A DNA stretch of 63,224 bases, counting the filler, from Choristocarpus tenellus KU-1152 (taxonomy: Eukaryota; Protista; Phaeophyceae), in the NCBI GenBank assembly GCA_964200185.2. It is 11 parts of 11 records of this genome, joined end to end, with 100 filler letters (N's around TTAATTAATTAA, not from the genome) between each part and the next. Parts side by side here need not be neighbours in the genome. Positions count along the whole stretch, not along the records: positions 22,323 to 25,599 come from CAXNAD020021093.1; positions 25,700 to 30,001 come from CAXNAD020015216.1; positions 30,102 to 49,373 come from CAXNAD020000482.1; 8 more parts are not named here. One strand, given 5' to 3'. The notes under the pieces are model-generated. The model was given only the letters and a program-made list of their open reading frames with translations. It searched no databases and had not been told where the DNA came from. Of the stretch, positions 25,281 through 38,587 are shown in pieces. Made by a program: the position numbers and the translations under genes. The stretch's first letter is position 1. Every line of letters starts with the position of its first letter.

Positions 25281-25866
25281 GTGAGGGAGTTGTCAACGTT
25301 GGTGGGATGGTGGCGCTCTACTACTCCTCTTCTTGGGTTACAGCTGTTGTGAAATCTCTCTGTGTCCTCTTATTCAACCAAAGTTGAGATAGTTCTCCCG
25401 CGTTTAGCAACCCTGTCAACCAAATTCTTGTTTTTCAGGTGACCATGTAGTATGTATGTGCAAAATCACAGACGAAGTGAACAGTTCTTCTTTCAGCATT
25501 AGGTAGGCCAGGTCACTGAGTATCAATCCACCTCCCACCCCCCCTCCCCCCGGGCAGGGTCCCCCCTCTCCCCGGCCGTTGGGGGGGTGCCCGTACTTAN
25601 NNNNNNNNNNNNNNNNNNNNNNNNNNNNNNNNNNNNNNNNNNNTTAATTAATTAANNNNNNNNNNNNNNNNNNNNNNNNNNNNNNNNNNNNNNNNNNNNG
25701 TGTCGGATTTGAAATGTTAGCAAAAAAAGAGTTGTTTGACCGAAACGGACGCTCCCTCACAAACCACCCCCCCCACCCAGATACGTTGACCCCAACTGCA
25801 CCTTGAGCACAAGTTGAGAGAATCTGACTTCCATCTAGGAAGGAGGTCGGGGCTGCAGTTGCATCA

Positions 25867-28800
25867 TCAGTGGTCAGTGAGAACAAGGAGGGATCCATTT
25901 CCAGGGATAACCAGTTGATCTTCTACTGGGTCAGAGGCAGAGGAAGAGGGTCGCATCATATGCATAGCTCGTAGCCGACTCATTGCATCATCAATGTTGA
26001 TATAGCAACCCTGCAAGAGGCGGGATCCCTTCCCAGAGAATGCCTGCTTGGGCAAGAGAAGAGAGGGTGCATGACAGGGAGAGGGGTGCTCAACGTAGGA
26101 TCTTGGAGTGCATTGAAGAAGGGCAACATTGAGAAGAGAATTGTGGGGAAGAAAACAAATACAGGGGAAATAAAATACTGTGACAGTAAATAATTCAGTC
26201 CACAGTTGCGCATACATGATGAAGTAAAGTAGGTCAATCTTTATTCCAGCAGTCAAGGAATAGAGACTCGAGGATTTGTCAAAGAGTCGTAATACACAAA
26301 CGCTATTTGCTTCTCAGAAAAAATACTCTGAATGATAACGCAAGGCATGCATTAATATAGTACAAGTGTTGCATGTAAAGTAGCAAACAAATATATGATG
26401 CTCCTCACCCATTCCGGTAAGTCCCAGCTGAGGAAGCTTCATTGAAATAACTTGTAAAAAGACAACCTAGATCAATTGACACTGAATATGAATCAAACCA
26501 ACTGAGAGATAGGCAGGGTTCCTTTGTAAGGATAAAAAATGTCATATTGTACAATCAGAGAAAGAGCCTTTGCTAAATTATGTTGTCACTTTGTGTTTGG
26601 AAAAGGGGAATGAGAAAGATGGCTTAGAATACAAAGGGGTCGAACCTGCCAATGTCTCAATTGGTTTGGCCCATATGGCAGTTATGATACTGTTAACAGA
26701 GGGCTGCACATATGGTTGTTTCCCAGAAGTCACTTACGGGAAAAGGTCGCAAAAGAACTATGTTGAGTCCACATGGAAAGCAGACCACCATCGCAACACC
26801 CTCGACCAAATCTTCCCCTTCTTCGAACCCGTTGTTATCACATCCATCACCCCAAACCCCTTCCCTATCAACTGCAAACATGCAATCTGATCACTCAAGT
26901 TATGGCAAAATAAACAAGGTGCTTACAATAATAGATTCTCGTTCTGGAGTAGGTAAAATGTCATTTAAAACCCATGGGAAGCCAAGCCCCAAACGGACAA
27001 TCAGGGCAAAACCCGTACCCCCTAAGATACTTCCACTCCATCAAAGGCTCAAAAATACAAACATAACACCTATAGGTTTAAAGGTTACTTACTGCCCCTC
27101 ACCCCACTCCATCCACTGACCCCAGCCTGTACCGACATGACACATACCTCCCGGCCATGCAGCAAACGACGATTATTGAAGACCAGACATTGCCCTGGCT
27201 TGAGTCTCATTCTGAGTGTGTGTTCTCGGGCAAAGGTACCTTCCTCCAACAAGGCTTGGAAAGCAGTGTAAGCTTCATAGTAAGGTCCCACATCCTGCGG
27301 GGAGCAGATGAGGGTGCCCTCGAACTGTGGTGCCCATGTTACAGCCAAAATATCACCCTCCTGAGTTACCTGCATTGTTGCAGTGGTGTGTTTGTTGTGA
27401 TGGCAAGGAAAGAGACCTAACAGAGATAGAAGTTTGAGAATTGGATTACAGGATTTCAGTTTGCATCAAGGTAGGGGTTGCAGGGAACTTGATTGGTTAG
27501 GAGGGGAAAATAAGGTGTGATGTGTGCTGCATCAACTGTGGTTATTATTGGTTGCTTGCCTTCGTACACCCTCCTAGTCACTTTACAATGTAGTAGTTTG
27601 CCAGATGGGGGGGCAAGGGTGTAGGGGGAAAATATCTGAGATTCGAGGTATGAAAGAGAGGCCTTGTTGCATCACAACACCATGAAAACTAAAATACTAC
27701 TCCCGAGTGGTTTAGAGTATGTGCTATTTAATACAGTATACATACCCTGTAATTGCAAAGATCAAACACGGAACTTGGTTTGACTAAATGATTCTGATTT
27801 ATGACTCAGATTTAGTAACAAACCTGGAAATGTGGGCGTTGATACACCATGTTTGCTGCGCTTGAATCAACACGGTTTGTGCTGCAAGGAAGATCAACGA
27901 GGAAAAACAAGGTGAGAGAGAGGGGGATAGGAAAGGTAGATGGAGGAGTAGCAAGCAGACCAGAGTGACGGGGAGATAAAGATGTAACGAACAAGTATTT
28001 GATCCACTGTGCCAGAGTGATTTTCTAAACTAAATTTATGTTCTCGTTGGGCATTGATGAGAGTTCAGGGTACGAGCATACAGCACTGAAAATCGTTCCA
28101 AAAAACAGGAAGAAACAGTTGCTCCTTTTGTTACACATCCCTTGCAAAGGCCAAACGTAAAACGTACTTACAATGCACTCAGATCACACCACACGCCTAA
28201 AATTTACACTAAACCACAAGCAAAGAAAAAAACAATGTTTGGATGGATCACATGTACTTCCAACTACTGTTTGCAATGAATAAAAGAGACACAAGGGAAA
28301 AAAATCCGGACAAAGGGGTGGGAGGACGTTCTCTTCTCCCAGCCAACAGGATACCATTGTAAAGACACTGCTTTGTCAGGAACTAATCTACTTCGGCAGT
28401 CAGAGGGATTGAGATCTTCCTTCACATCCTGCTTCTCTTTACCAATCTGCGCCTTACAGCAGTGTTCACTGTTCAGTACAAATAACTAGCACTATCCTCA
28501 AGAAACATATCGACACCTACCTAATCCTCCATCCCCACACCCTCAGCACAGAACACTTCATTCACTATTTGTTACCTTTGTCACCATTGATGAATGAACG
28601 ACTCCGACATAGAAGTAATGCACAAGAAACCTCATCTGGTCACATTCACGAAGGAAATATTCCTTCACTGCTGCTGCTACCAGCAGGATGCCCATTTAGA
28701 AACCACAACCAGTAACAACTCACGACCTTCCCAACCCTCCCCACTCCTCTCCTACAACCCCTTTTTTCTTAACGTTCCTAGCATGCCTCACCTTCCTCCA

Positions 28801-29261
28801 GATGATTCAACTTTTGATCGTATTTTGACGAATGTTGCAGGCACCCGTGACAAGACCTATGTCCTCAGACACATGGAGTGATAGTGAAGTGAGCAGATAG
28901 ACAAAAATAAGATGTCAAGCAACGGTAGAAAATGAAACATTCATAACCATAGTCAATTTATCATTCATAGTGGTGGCGATGTGGAATCCATGTGCTAACA
29001 AGAAGCATTAATGCCACGGAATGGCAGTGCTACACACTAATCACATTTCTTGTCCTCAACTAGGCCAAGGTAAGGGTCTAACGCAAGAAATAAGGGCCAC
29101 ACAAAGAGGTGAAGATGCAACATGGAGACAGGGGGATCGGGAGGACATACCTCAAACATGTCTGGTTTGGTCGCCTTAAAGACCCTTGCGGCCTTGAAGG
29201 CATCCATGAACGTGCTCTCACCTCCTTGTACACTGTCGTCAAACTCTATGCAGTGAAGGAG
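25867..29261 (-). CDS. Gamma-butyrobetaine/trimethyllysine dioxygenase-like TauD family enzyme, 3' part
   Basis: Phase-consistent exons 29261-29151 (LLHCIEFD..GGESTFMDAF), 28856-28792, 27881-27824, 27369-27148 (LKPGQCLVFNNRRLLHGRE), 26043-25867 (RLLQGCYINID). Confidence 0.9.
26490..26672. mobile_element. MITE family B (copy 2), intronic
   Basis: GAATCAAACCAACTGAGAGATAGGCA ... TGCCAATGTCTCAATTGGTTTGGCCC, ATAT on both flanks. Confidence 0.75.
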
Positions 29262-30149
29262 CTTTGGTGTGTGGATGGAAACAAATACACGTCGGTTTGA
29301 AGGCATTGTTCAGCCCAGGACAAGAACAGCATAATATGGAATTGGGGCAAAGATATATTTGTGTCGTAGAGAGAAAGGGGGAAAGGGGATGCAACCTGCA
29401 GGATTACATCAGCTGCTAATCTGCTCGGTGGACAATCCAGTCAAACGAAAACATACTTCCAACCACTTTTATGCCTGTGGTTACTCGCTTTTTTGTTTGT
29501 AAAAGTATCTATGTTACCACTTCCAAAGTTGCGGTTAGAATTACACGTCCTTAATAATTAAGCTCTATTCTACATCAAAACTAACATAAGCTGCTGCTTA
29601 CACATACAGTGTTTATTCAGCACTTTTAAGACAAAATGGCCGCCAAAATCGAAAAGACTTGAATAGCAATCCCTTGAGGAGTATTGATGCCATACCATGA
29701 TCAATACCATAATTCAAACGATGGCGAGGGGTGGGGGGGCACCAGAAATGACAACATAGAGACAAACTATCTTAGAGGGTACAGTCGCATCCATTTGAGT
29801 GCCAAAATCCAATGTTGAGATTTTGATACAATATTAGCTATCGTACTTGTTAGGAAGTGTCATTACCCTTGTTCCAGTCACACCTTTTCATAATGCATAC
29901 ATTTTTTCAAAGGTGAAGAAGGTCCAGCAGTGGATTAAGCCAGACCTCTCAGATCAGCAGGAAGTCAACAGGGTGGGTTTCGTCATCAGCCACACGCACA
30001 GNNNNNNNNNNNNNNNNNNNNNNNNNNNNNNNNNNNNNNNNNNNNTTAATTAATTAANNNNNNNNNNNNNNNNNNNNNNNNNNNNNNNNNNNNNNNNNNN
30101 NCCAAATGGACAGCCGCTAACCCCCTCCCAGATACTTTGAGCCCGATCC

Positions 30150-31208
30150 CACAGTTATTTAACATGTCCCAGTCCATACCCACTACCTACTGAACCCGTC
30201 CATGTCCATGTCCGGACCAATCCCCTAGTTGCTTAACATGTCTTGGTCCATGTCCACGGGTATTGTACCAGTTCATGTCCACTGACTGACCAGTCTAACT
30301 TTTCTCCATCCATGTCTGGACCATGTCCACTACATGTAATACGAGTGTGAATGTGCGACATTCACAAAAAAATGGATCGCAAATCACCTCAGATATCCAA
30401 CAATATATTTTGTATTAATTTTACAATTTTAATATTCTAAAAAAATGTAGAAAATAATATAGAAATATCACTTCATGATAAATATATTATTGTGCCCTCT
30501 CACATTTTGGAGATGTGTGAGGGGAAAAACCAATCAAAACCATTCAAATGTCAGAATAACCCCTAAAAGAGTAACAGTTGTCGAAAAAGTGAATAACATG
30601 CATCTATGTACTATTTCACTACCAGCTATGCTACACCGCTGCTTTCCTGTGGCTCCAACCTAGGTTAGTCCTGCACCTCAGGGTAAGGAGCTAGGGAAGC
30701 ATCCCGATAATCTAACAAGCCCCTCCTTGCCCGTCTCCCTGTCTCCAGCTTAAAACACATCGCACATCTAGATAGGGCTACTTGTGTTGTGACAAATATA
30801 TTTAGTACTTCAGTAGTCGTAGAGCTTTGAAATTTAGGATACATTATTCAAGAGTGGTAAAAAATGAAATAGGAGGCGCGGACATAATGTGACTGCCCCG
30901 AGTGTAAAAAAAATATTACCTGACTGTCCATAGATAAAATGTTCTAACATGACCGAGTCCATGACCATCGCTTACTCAACATGACCAGGACCACCGGCCA
31001 GCCATGTACAACCAAGTTCGAACATGGTCAAGTCAATGGCTATCACTTACTCAACATGACCGCCCCCCCCACCGGTCATTTATAACCAAGTTCAACATGA
31101 CTGAGTCCATGGCCTTTGACCGTTTCAACATGGGCAGGTCACAGACCGGGCCACAGCCATATGGCCGACAGTGGACATGCCATCAGCCCGGGCCAATGAG
31201 AAGCCCTG
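30150..31208. mobile_element. Decayed non-autonomous hAT-like element with subterminal repeats
   Basis: Clusters of AACATG(T/A)CC-type repeats at 30150-30330 and 30945-31180; right end reads CAGGGCTTCTCA on the minus strand. Left TIR not seen. Confidence 0.4.
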
Positions 31209-34200
31209 GCAGTACTATTTATACTGATGATGTTTTTTATGTTTTTTCTCCAACCCAACACTACTACCCAACACCACTATGAATATTGTGTGAGGATGTC
31301 GATGTAGTTCAGGTAGATGTCAACCCCTATTCCGTCGCGGGAACGTCTATGCAGCAAGTTCGTTGGGAAGGCATACATGTGCCTTATTATCTCCATCTTG
31401 TGGACATCCTCATTGTTCCATTGTTCAGGTCGCAGTGACCTAATTGGGTGACCTTCTGCATAAATGAAGGGGCTTCCACACCAGACTTCTCTCCACGAAA
31501 ATCTGGTTTCGATTATGCAATTCCACATGGCAAGCACGACGCCTTGTATACCTGTACTGCACTATCTTGCCCATGCTAAACCATAAATCAACGGGCCAAC
31601 ACCACAGTAAAAAAACTTAGGGGGATCTAAGAAGATTCGAGGGAGGAGATGTAGTGGCAAATAGTGGGACTACTGAACCCAATGCGGGAGAAGCAAGGCA
31701 GCGAATGGAGGCAACACAAATATTCGTAGTGCCCAGTTAGAATTTAGTGATGAGAAGTAGTGGGGTGCGTAGTGGCTCTTACGACAGGTTGGGATCATCC
31801 CCAATAAATATGTCTAACAAATATAATAGATACTACTACTAATAATAATAATTACAATACTAATAACAATCTTGTGCCTACTCGAAAAAACCCCACAAAT
31901 AGAAAACTCACCACCACCTCTTTGAGTCCCTCTCATGTATCCCTTACCGGCTCTCCTCCTCTCTCAAAAGCCCACGCGCTTGTGCAAGTTTCTTCCCAAT
32001 AGGGGCCGTTAGGTTTCTCTCGTGTACGTGCACCGTCGTGAAATTCCCGTCTTACGTTACCACCACCAGTTCTTTCGGTCCTTATCACGTACGCCATGTA
32101 TAGAACCAAGTAGTGCCTCCTGCCCTTGCAATCCTACCGCCTCCATGGAGCTAGACCTGCTTTTCTTCTTTCCGAGTTGTTTCAAGTTGAAGTCCTATGA
32201 TACACTTTCAATATAGTTCGTATATAGGTCAGATTTCGATGCCATACCTTGACCTAGTACAATCATTGATCTCCCTCACTATCAAAGGTGCAAGTAGTTA
32301 AGCCACGATCCGCTCCCTCACCCAGCAGGTATTTTTCAACCTGACACCAGACCCATCCACAGAACCACTATTTATCATTCCAACTGCCTAGTCTAATCTC
32401 CGCCTATGCCCATTTGTCGCAGTGATCATTCGTGGTTGACTCGGGCAGCCCTAGGGACCAGCTGTTAGCAGCATTGATCATTCTCATCGCCACACTGACC
32501 CCTAAACTGGTCCGGTTAGGGATACTCCACCCTGAGGTCACCTCTCCCTCTTGTGCCACATATAGCTCGCTCCAACAACATTTTTTTGTTACATCTGGGA
32601 TCTCTCTTTCAACCTGCTGGTTATCACAGCTCACAAAACAGGCGAAAGAGGGGGGTGGTCGTTTTTAGGGTGGGGTGTAACAACGGCAACCAACCACCAC
32701 TTGAACATTGTTGACATTTACTACTGTACTACTGAAGTACAGTTCACTGTCATCTCCATACATTCCTACATATATACAGAAGGTACTGTGGGAGATTTAG
32801 TTTTTGTTTTTGCTGCAGGTGCCAACATAATACATGAACGACCAATGCAATCAACTGGATGGATGCCGTCTATACAAATATTGCTCATAATCGGGACGAA
32901 CCCTAGCCCAAGCCCTAGCCGGTTGGTTGTTCATTTTTTCCTCACCAAGGTTGTTGCAATCTGATTGTCATGCTTGTCATTCTGGCAAGTGCTGGAATGG
33001 ACAGTGCTTTTCATAATTCACTTGTAGTGAGTGGTAGTGGCAATGACTGTCATCAACAAGGAGTGGTGGCGATAGTGCTTCAAATCGTTATAAAGCAGCT
33101 ACCTATCATGACCACAACTAGTAGTGTTGTTCGTAGTGATAGCCCCAACCACAGCAGTACCACTGGTATTGTACGCTTGTACAGTTCTATAATCCTTGTA
33201 GCACTTCCTACGGTTGTATTGCCACCATGACATCAGGCCACCTCTAGTTAGCAGGGGTTAAAAGAACTCCAAGTCACACCTATTCATATTTCCTCCTAAC
33301 CTCCCCTCCTCTCCTGCCCAGTTCATTGCATAGCCCATGACGGATCCAGCCCCTTTCAGAGGGCTATGTTCATTTCGAAAATGAAACAATAGATACGATG
33401 GTTTCCTTTCACAGTTGTGGTAGTAGTGAGAAAGAGATCATTCTTATTCTGTGGAAGTGGTAGGACACACTCAACGCAGAAAATATTACCTATGGCTAAA
33501 TACAGCACTTCGAAAAAGTAGGGGCCAACCATCGATTCTTGATGGTAACTCTGTGAATCATGGCGATTGAATCGGTTCAATTCGGTCAATAAATCACAAC
33601 TTAATCGAAACCGAAGTCTTTCGATCGATTATTCAGTTATTGTTATTTTCTTTCCTGCCACATTTGGAGGCAGATAAAAGCACAGGTACGCAAACAGGTA
33701 CCACAAACAAACATATCTAGGGCCGCATAATAAGTCATGAATGAAAGTGCCCAGGTTCTCTGAAGAGATTGGGGTAGGTACCTACGGAACTAGTATCACG
33801 TCAACCCATCTGCAGGGTACGCCATATTGTGTTTGGAGGATGATGGCAAGGAATGTGAAGGGTCAGATGAAAACGCAAGATCTACCTAGAAGGCAAAGAG
33901 TGGGTCATCAACGGTTAACATGAGTCGCTTGCTGGAAGACCATCGATCATGATCGACCATTGCATGTAGGTCTGCTTTGGTGAGTCTAGCTGACTGATTC
34001 ATGGTCATTTAGCCTCCACCATACAAGTCACCAATATTAATAGAAGACATAAAAAGTTGTGAATAACAATTGATCCTACTATCCCTAATAACACAATGAG
34101 AAAATTGGATGGGATACCAAGCGCAGGTGAGCATTACATTTCTAAATTAAAGCTCCCTCTGGTCTATAAACAAAAAACATTCCACATCTAATCAATCTAT

Positions 34201-34322
34201 AACTACCCCTTCAAACACAAAGACACTCAAAACAAACAAGGCACTCCAAGCAAGGGATGAGCAAACGTCAACTTCCATAGATGCGTTCGCTGTTGGCCCC
34301 ATATTCATACCCCTTCACAGAG

Positions 34323-37300
34323 TCATGTATTATCAGCACTAGCCAATTGGTAGAACTGGGTGTAATCATCAACTGAAAGTGTTGCCGCTTCTTCTTTGGT
34401 CAACGCATCAGTGGGCACACGACGGCCGTTAACATAGAAAACACGACCAAAAGTATGTGGGACAACTGGAGCACTCTCTGGTGCACCCAGATTACTCCCT
34501 ACACCACCTCCATTCTCATCATCCTGCATCTCCCACCATGGCTTGCCCCCTTCCCCATCAGTGTTTTCACCCATCGCTCCCAGTGCTTGCTGTTTTCGCC
34601 ACACACGCTTCATCTTCTCAGTCCATGGTCTAAGCCTCCTCTTAAACTCATTGAGCTCCTCCACACTTGTGAGCACCGCTGCTCCCAGCCGTCTGGTGAG
34701 TCCCTCGTGCGCACCACTCTTGCTGTCCAAACCGCTCACCTCGTCTTCATCCTCCTCCTCCTCCTCCACGTCGTCATCATCGTCATCCCCACCTGAAGCC
34801 ACACCAGATATCTTGCTCCCCTGCAGGAAGCTGGGAAGAGCTTTTTTCGCACGTTTCGCAGCCTGGGCATCACGGGCGGCTTTCGAGGCCACCTTTCGCT
34901 TGATGGAGCTGCGGGTCGGCACAATTCCAGACAGACCTTCCTCCCCTTCTTCACCATCCTCATCGCCCTCTTCGTTCTCATCATCCTCATCACTCTGTTC
35001 AATCTCTACAATAACCTCCTGCCCCTTCCAGTTCTTGGTGTAGAGTCGCTGAACAGACCGGGAGCTGCCACCCCGACGCTCTGCCGCCGTCCTTTCCGCT
35101 GCGGCCTTGTCAGCAGCACGCCCTCTATGGTGGAAATTGTCTTGGAAGCGTGCGTGGGCGCTTGAGAGGTGCCTACTCTGCTGGCCTCCCATTCCCCGTG
35201 CTCGTAGCTCACTTGGCAAGTTGCTCGGCACTACTGTGTCACGGAGTGCATTCACCAGCTGAAAGATACTTTCGCGTTGCATAGACCTATCAGGACAGGT
35301 GGGGGGATGGTATTAGTGTGCGCAGTGTCGGGGACAGGCTTAAAATACCATACGTAAAAGAACTGGGGAAGCATGCATTCAGCAGCATGAGGGTTGATAC
35401 ACAAAACATGGATACCCCAAGCATACCACATTACATCCAGAGGCAAACATGGCATTGGTGAGGATTCACTAGTCAGGGCACGTACGAGTCCGTTGACGCG
35501 TTGAGCTGCTCATTAAGCTGATTAAGGAGACTAGTCACCGAGTCTAGGCCCTCCTTGTCATGGAAGTCCACGAGGGTGTGGTCAGTCTTAACACAGGCAC
35601 TATGTGAGTCATTCTCACAGCAGTGGCTGCAGCAGAAACTCTTGGCTCCGTTCATTAGAGTCTGGATCTCCATGACACCAAACTTCGCATCACACCTTGG
35701 GCACACGTATGTCTTGAAAACATAGAAAAAATGGGAGCAATGCAGGGGTGAAGTGGACAGTTATAATGTTGAGGTGGTTGGTTAAGGCCATAGGCATGCA
35801 TGCTACAGGTTACCATCTTACAACAAGGGAATTCAACAAAGTAGCCAGTAGTATTGTAACATAACACTTCATAGCACCTACAAGTACAACTCATCTGATC
35901 CCACCAGACTCTGAAAAAGAACAGAGTCTGTGAGAAGTAATAATACCTCAGGTCAAGTTAGGAGAGTCCTCAATTCTTCTTGAAATACAAAGCACCCCAT
36001 AAAATAATGTACTCAGTACTACGTAGTACCATTTACAGGTGATACAGATCAGTTGTGCAATTTCCTCAGTAGTTCCTCCTGAGATGGATAAACTACAGTC
36101 TCTCAGAGAGGCATCCATTAACCTCGATGACAAACACTGGAGCAACAACCTCTTCCTGACAAAATCTATGCACACCATGTTTAGCACTTTCAAGGGCAAC
36201 AAATGCCAACCAGAAGTCAGTAGTAGGGGCTACTTTGTATACCCTGCATAGAAGTGTGCATGGATGGAGGTCCTGGTCCTTGAGAACATTTTCTCTCCTG
36301 CACTAGGAGTACATCAAAGGGAACCACGTATACATCTGTTTGACTGGCACTGATTACAGAGCTGATAAGTTGGCAAGAAGTCGAGCAGTTCCGAAATACG
36401 AATCAATCTTGTTGATACTTGTTGCTTAGGGTAATACAGGAAAATAATGAGCACACACCGTCATATCTACAGCAAAAAAGCACTGACAAATAATGACAGG
36501 TACATATTTTCAAGGTATCAACAGGAACGGACCAAACTCTTTGAATCAAGAACCCATTGAACAAGTAGGTTAGCACGAAAATGGAGAAGTAGTTGCAAGA
36601 CTAAATAGATTACAAGGCTGAGAAGAAAAAAAAACTCTTGGTGCAACAGGTTGTCGCACTGCCATAACTTGCTTGGCCTGATGGAGCGTACACTAAATAG
36701 ATTACAAGGCTGAGAAGAAAAAAAAACTCTTGGTGCAACAGGTTATCGCACTGCCGTAACTTGCTTGGCCTGATGGAGCGTACATATCAGCATCCTAGTT
36801 GATCTATCAGTGAAGCACAAGACGCAAAGGCCAGCGCTAGTGAGGCCAAGCAATTCAGTCTTGCACAAGGAAAGAAGTCTCACAGTGTCAGATGAAGGTT
36901 TCCTTGTTTTGGGATATTAAAACATCCCTTATTTCGCTACAAATGCCTTCATATTAACCCTTGAAAGGTCTGGTCAAAACAACTAGGCTTGAACAATTCA
37001 CCGCAGCAAAGCCTGATGGTTTTCTCCTGCAATGTCATTGAGCTTACAATTAGACCTTCAGTTGTGTTTGCTATCCCTAAGTTCCAGATTAATGGAATAT
37101 AAGCATGGCTACCTTCTCTGGACTACATTTTGGTGAGGGCCTTTGTACTCCCAGTGTAATATTGGGAGAAATCAGAAACTACTTTGCTGGAGTTCAAGAT
37201 GGAAGCAGTAGACCACAGAACACTTCAAATAGGTGAGTATTTCAAGGGGTATCATTTTACCAGTTTTGCGGCAATGTCATTTTCAATTGGACGTTCTCGG

Positions 37301-38290
37301 TGTAGTGAGTTGTGGGACAGAAATGCATGTATTTATCTAGAAGGTGTCATTTGCGCAAGACATTTCGTTTTCAAGTTTGTCCCCACCGAAATGATCTACT
37401 TTTTGCTGTATGTGATGATGGAAAAATTGGTTTGAGAAGCACAGATATTGGTGGACCACTCAATTTGCAGGGGCCAAAGTACTCATAGATCTCAGTAGAG
37501 ATTCAATTCTGCGCTATAGACACGAAAACTCGTGAATTGTACCAAATGCGCCTTTCCAGCATATTTCTTGGATGACGGGCTGTTCTTACCTGCCGAGCCA
37601 TTTTGGCCTGTTGCTTTTCTCGGAGAATGAGTTGCATCTCGTACACGCGCAATCGAATGACATCCACAGCGTGGCGGTAGTCTATGTACCAGTACTGACT
37701 GCTCCGTCCAAAGTATATCTCATCTGTCATCTCTTCCTGCCCGACCAAGCCCTCTTCCTGCAGCTCTGCAAGAGCAGATCTAACCTGCTTGGGCAGAAGA
37801 TTCAGGCGTGTGCCCAATTCTTCATCTTTGTCTTTAATATACCTGAGGCGGGACGAATTCTCTGGTCAACATGAGAGACATAGACTGCGTATGTACAGAA
37901 TTCGTTGTTTTTGTGGTTGAGGGGCAACGGCCTACAGACGAATAAAACGGAATTAAGTGGGCATTAAGGAGGTGTTTGATGAGAATTCGTGCCAAGAATG
38001 AGATTATGACAGGGCAAGCGCTGCAGACTCCGATACGGTTACAACAAAGCATTCCTGTCTCCGAAACACAAACCATTTTGATGTACTCCTCCCGTCTGTC
38101 AATACACACGTCATTTCGACAGTCTTTCCACTTTGCGACTTGAGCAAGGACCTATCTAGACTAGATCTTACTTTTCCCTGATGAGTGTATCGATCACAAG
38201 CACGGCCGTATCGGCATAGAAAGCTCGCACGATTGTAGACACAAGCCGTTCTGCCTGCTGGAGGGCGCGAATGGAATTCATATCGGCCAT
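34323..38290 (-). CDS. GTF2E1: General transcription factor TFIIE alpha subunit
   Basis: Exons 38290-38172 (LVSTIVRAFY), 37842-37590 (YWYIDYRHAVDVIRLR), 35712-35486 (CPRC..CSHC zinc ribbon), 35286-34323 (acidic tail, VNGRRVP..YTQFY); all phases fit. Confidence 0.92.
36600..36783. repeat. 92-bp tandem duplication in TFIIE-alpha intron 2
   Basis: 36600-36691 and 36692-36783 differ at 2 positions. Confidence 0.95.
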
Positions 38291-38587
38291 GGCTCAGTCG
38301 AGTTTCCCAACTTGCCAGACCAAAGCCCCGGTAAGATTATATCTCAATCAAACCACGGTCGTAATGGCAGTTCCGACCAAGGTCACCAGAGGACATAACT
38401 CACTACGAACAAGTATGCAATACAAGGGTTACAGAAATAACATGGTAGTGGAGGTTGTATCCTGGACGGACGGGTGGACGGTGTATATTGGACGGGTGGA
38501 TGGAATGAGTATTTGAAGGTGTGGCTATGGGGACCCACCTCCCACATTGCTCAGTGTTCGTTAAGGTAGGGGTGGTCCAAATCGACC
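38291..38587. promoter_or_regulatory. Probable bidirectional promoter between TFIIE-alpha and RPL7
   Basis: 297 bp between divergent ATGs; GGACGGGTGGA occurs twice. Confidence 0.6.
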
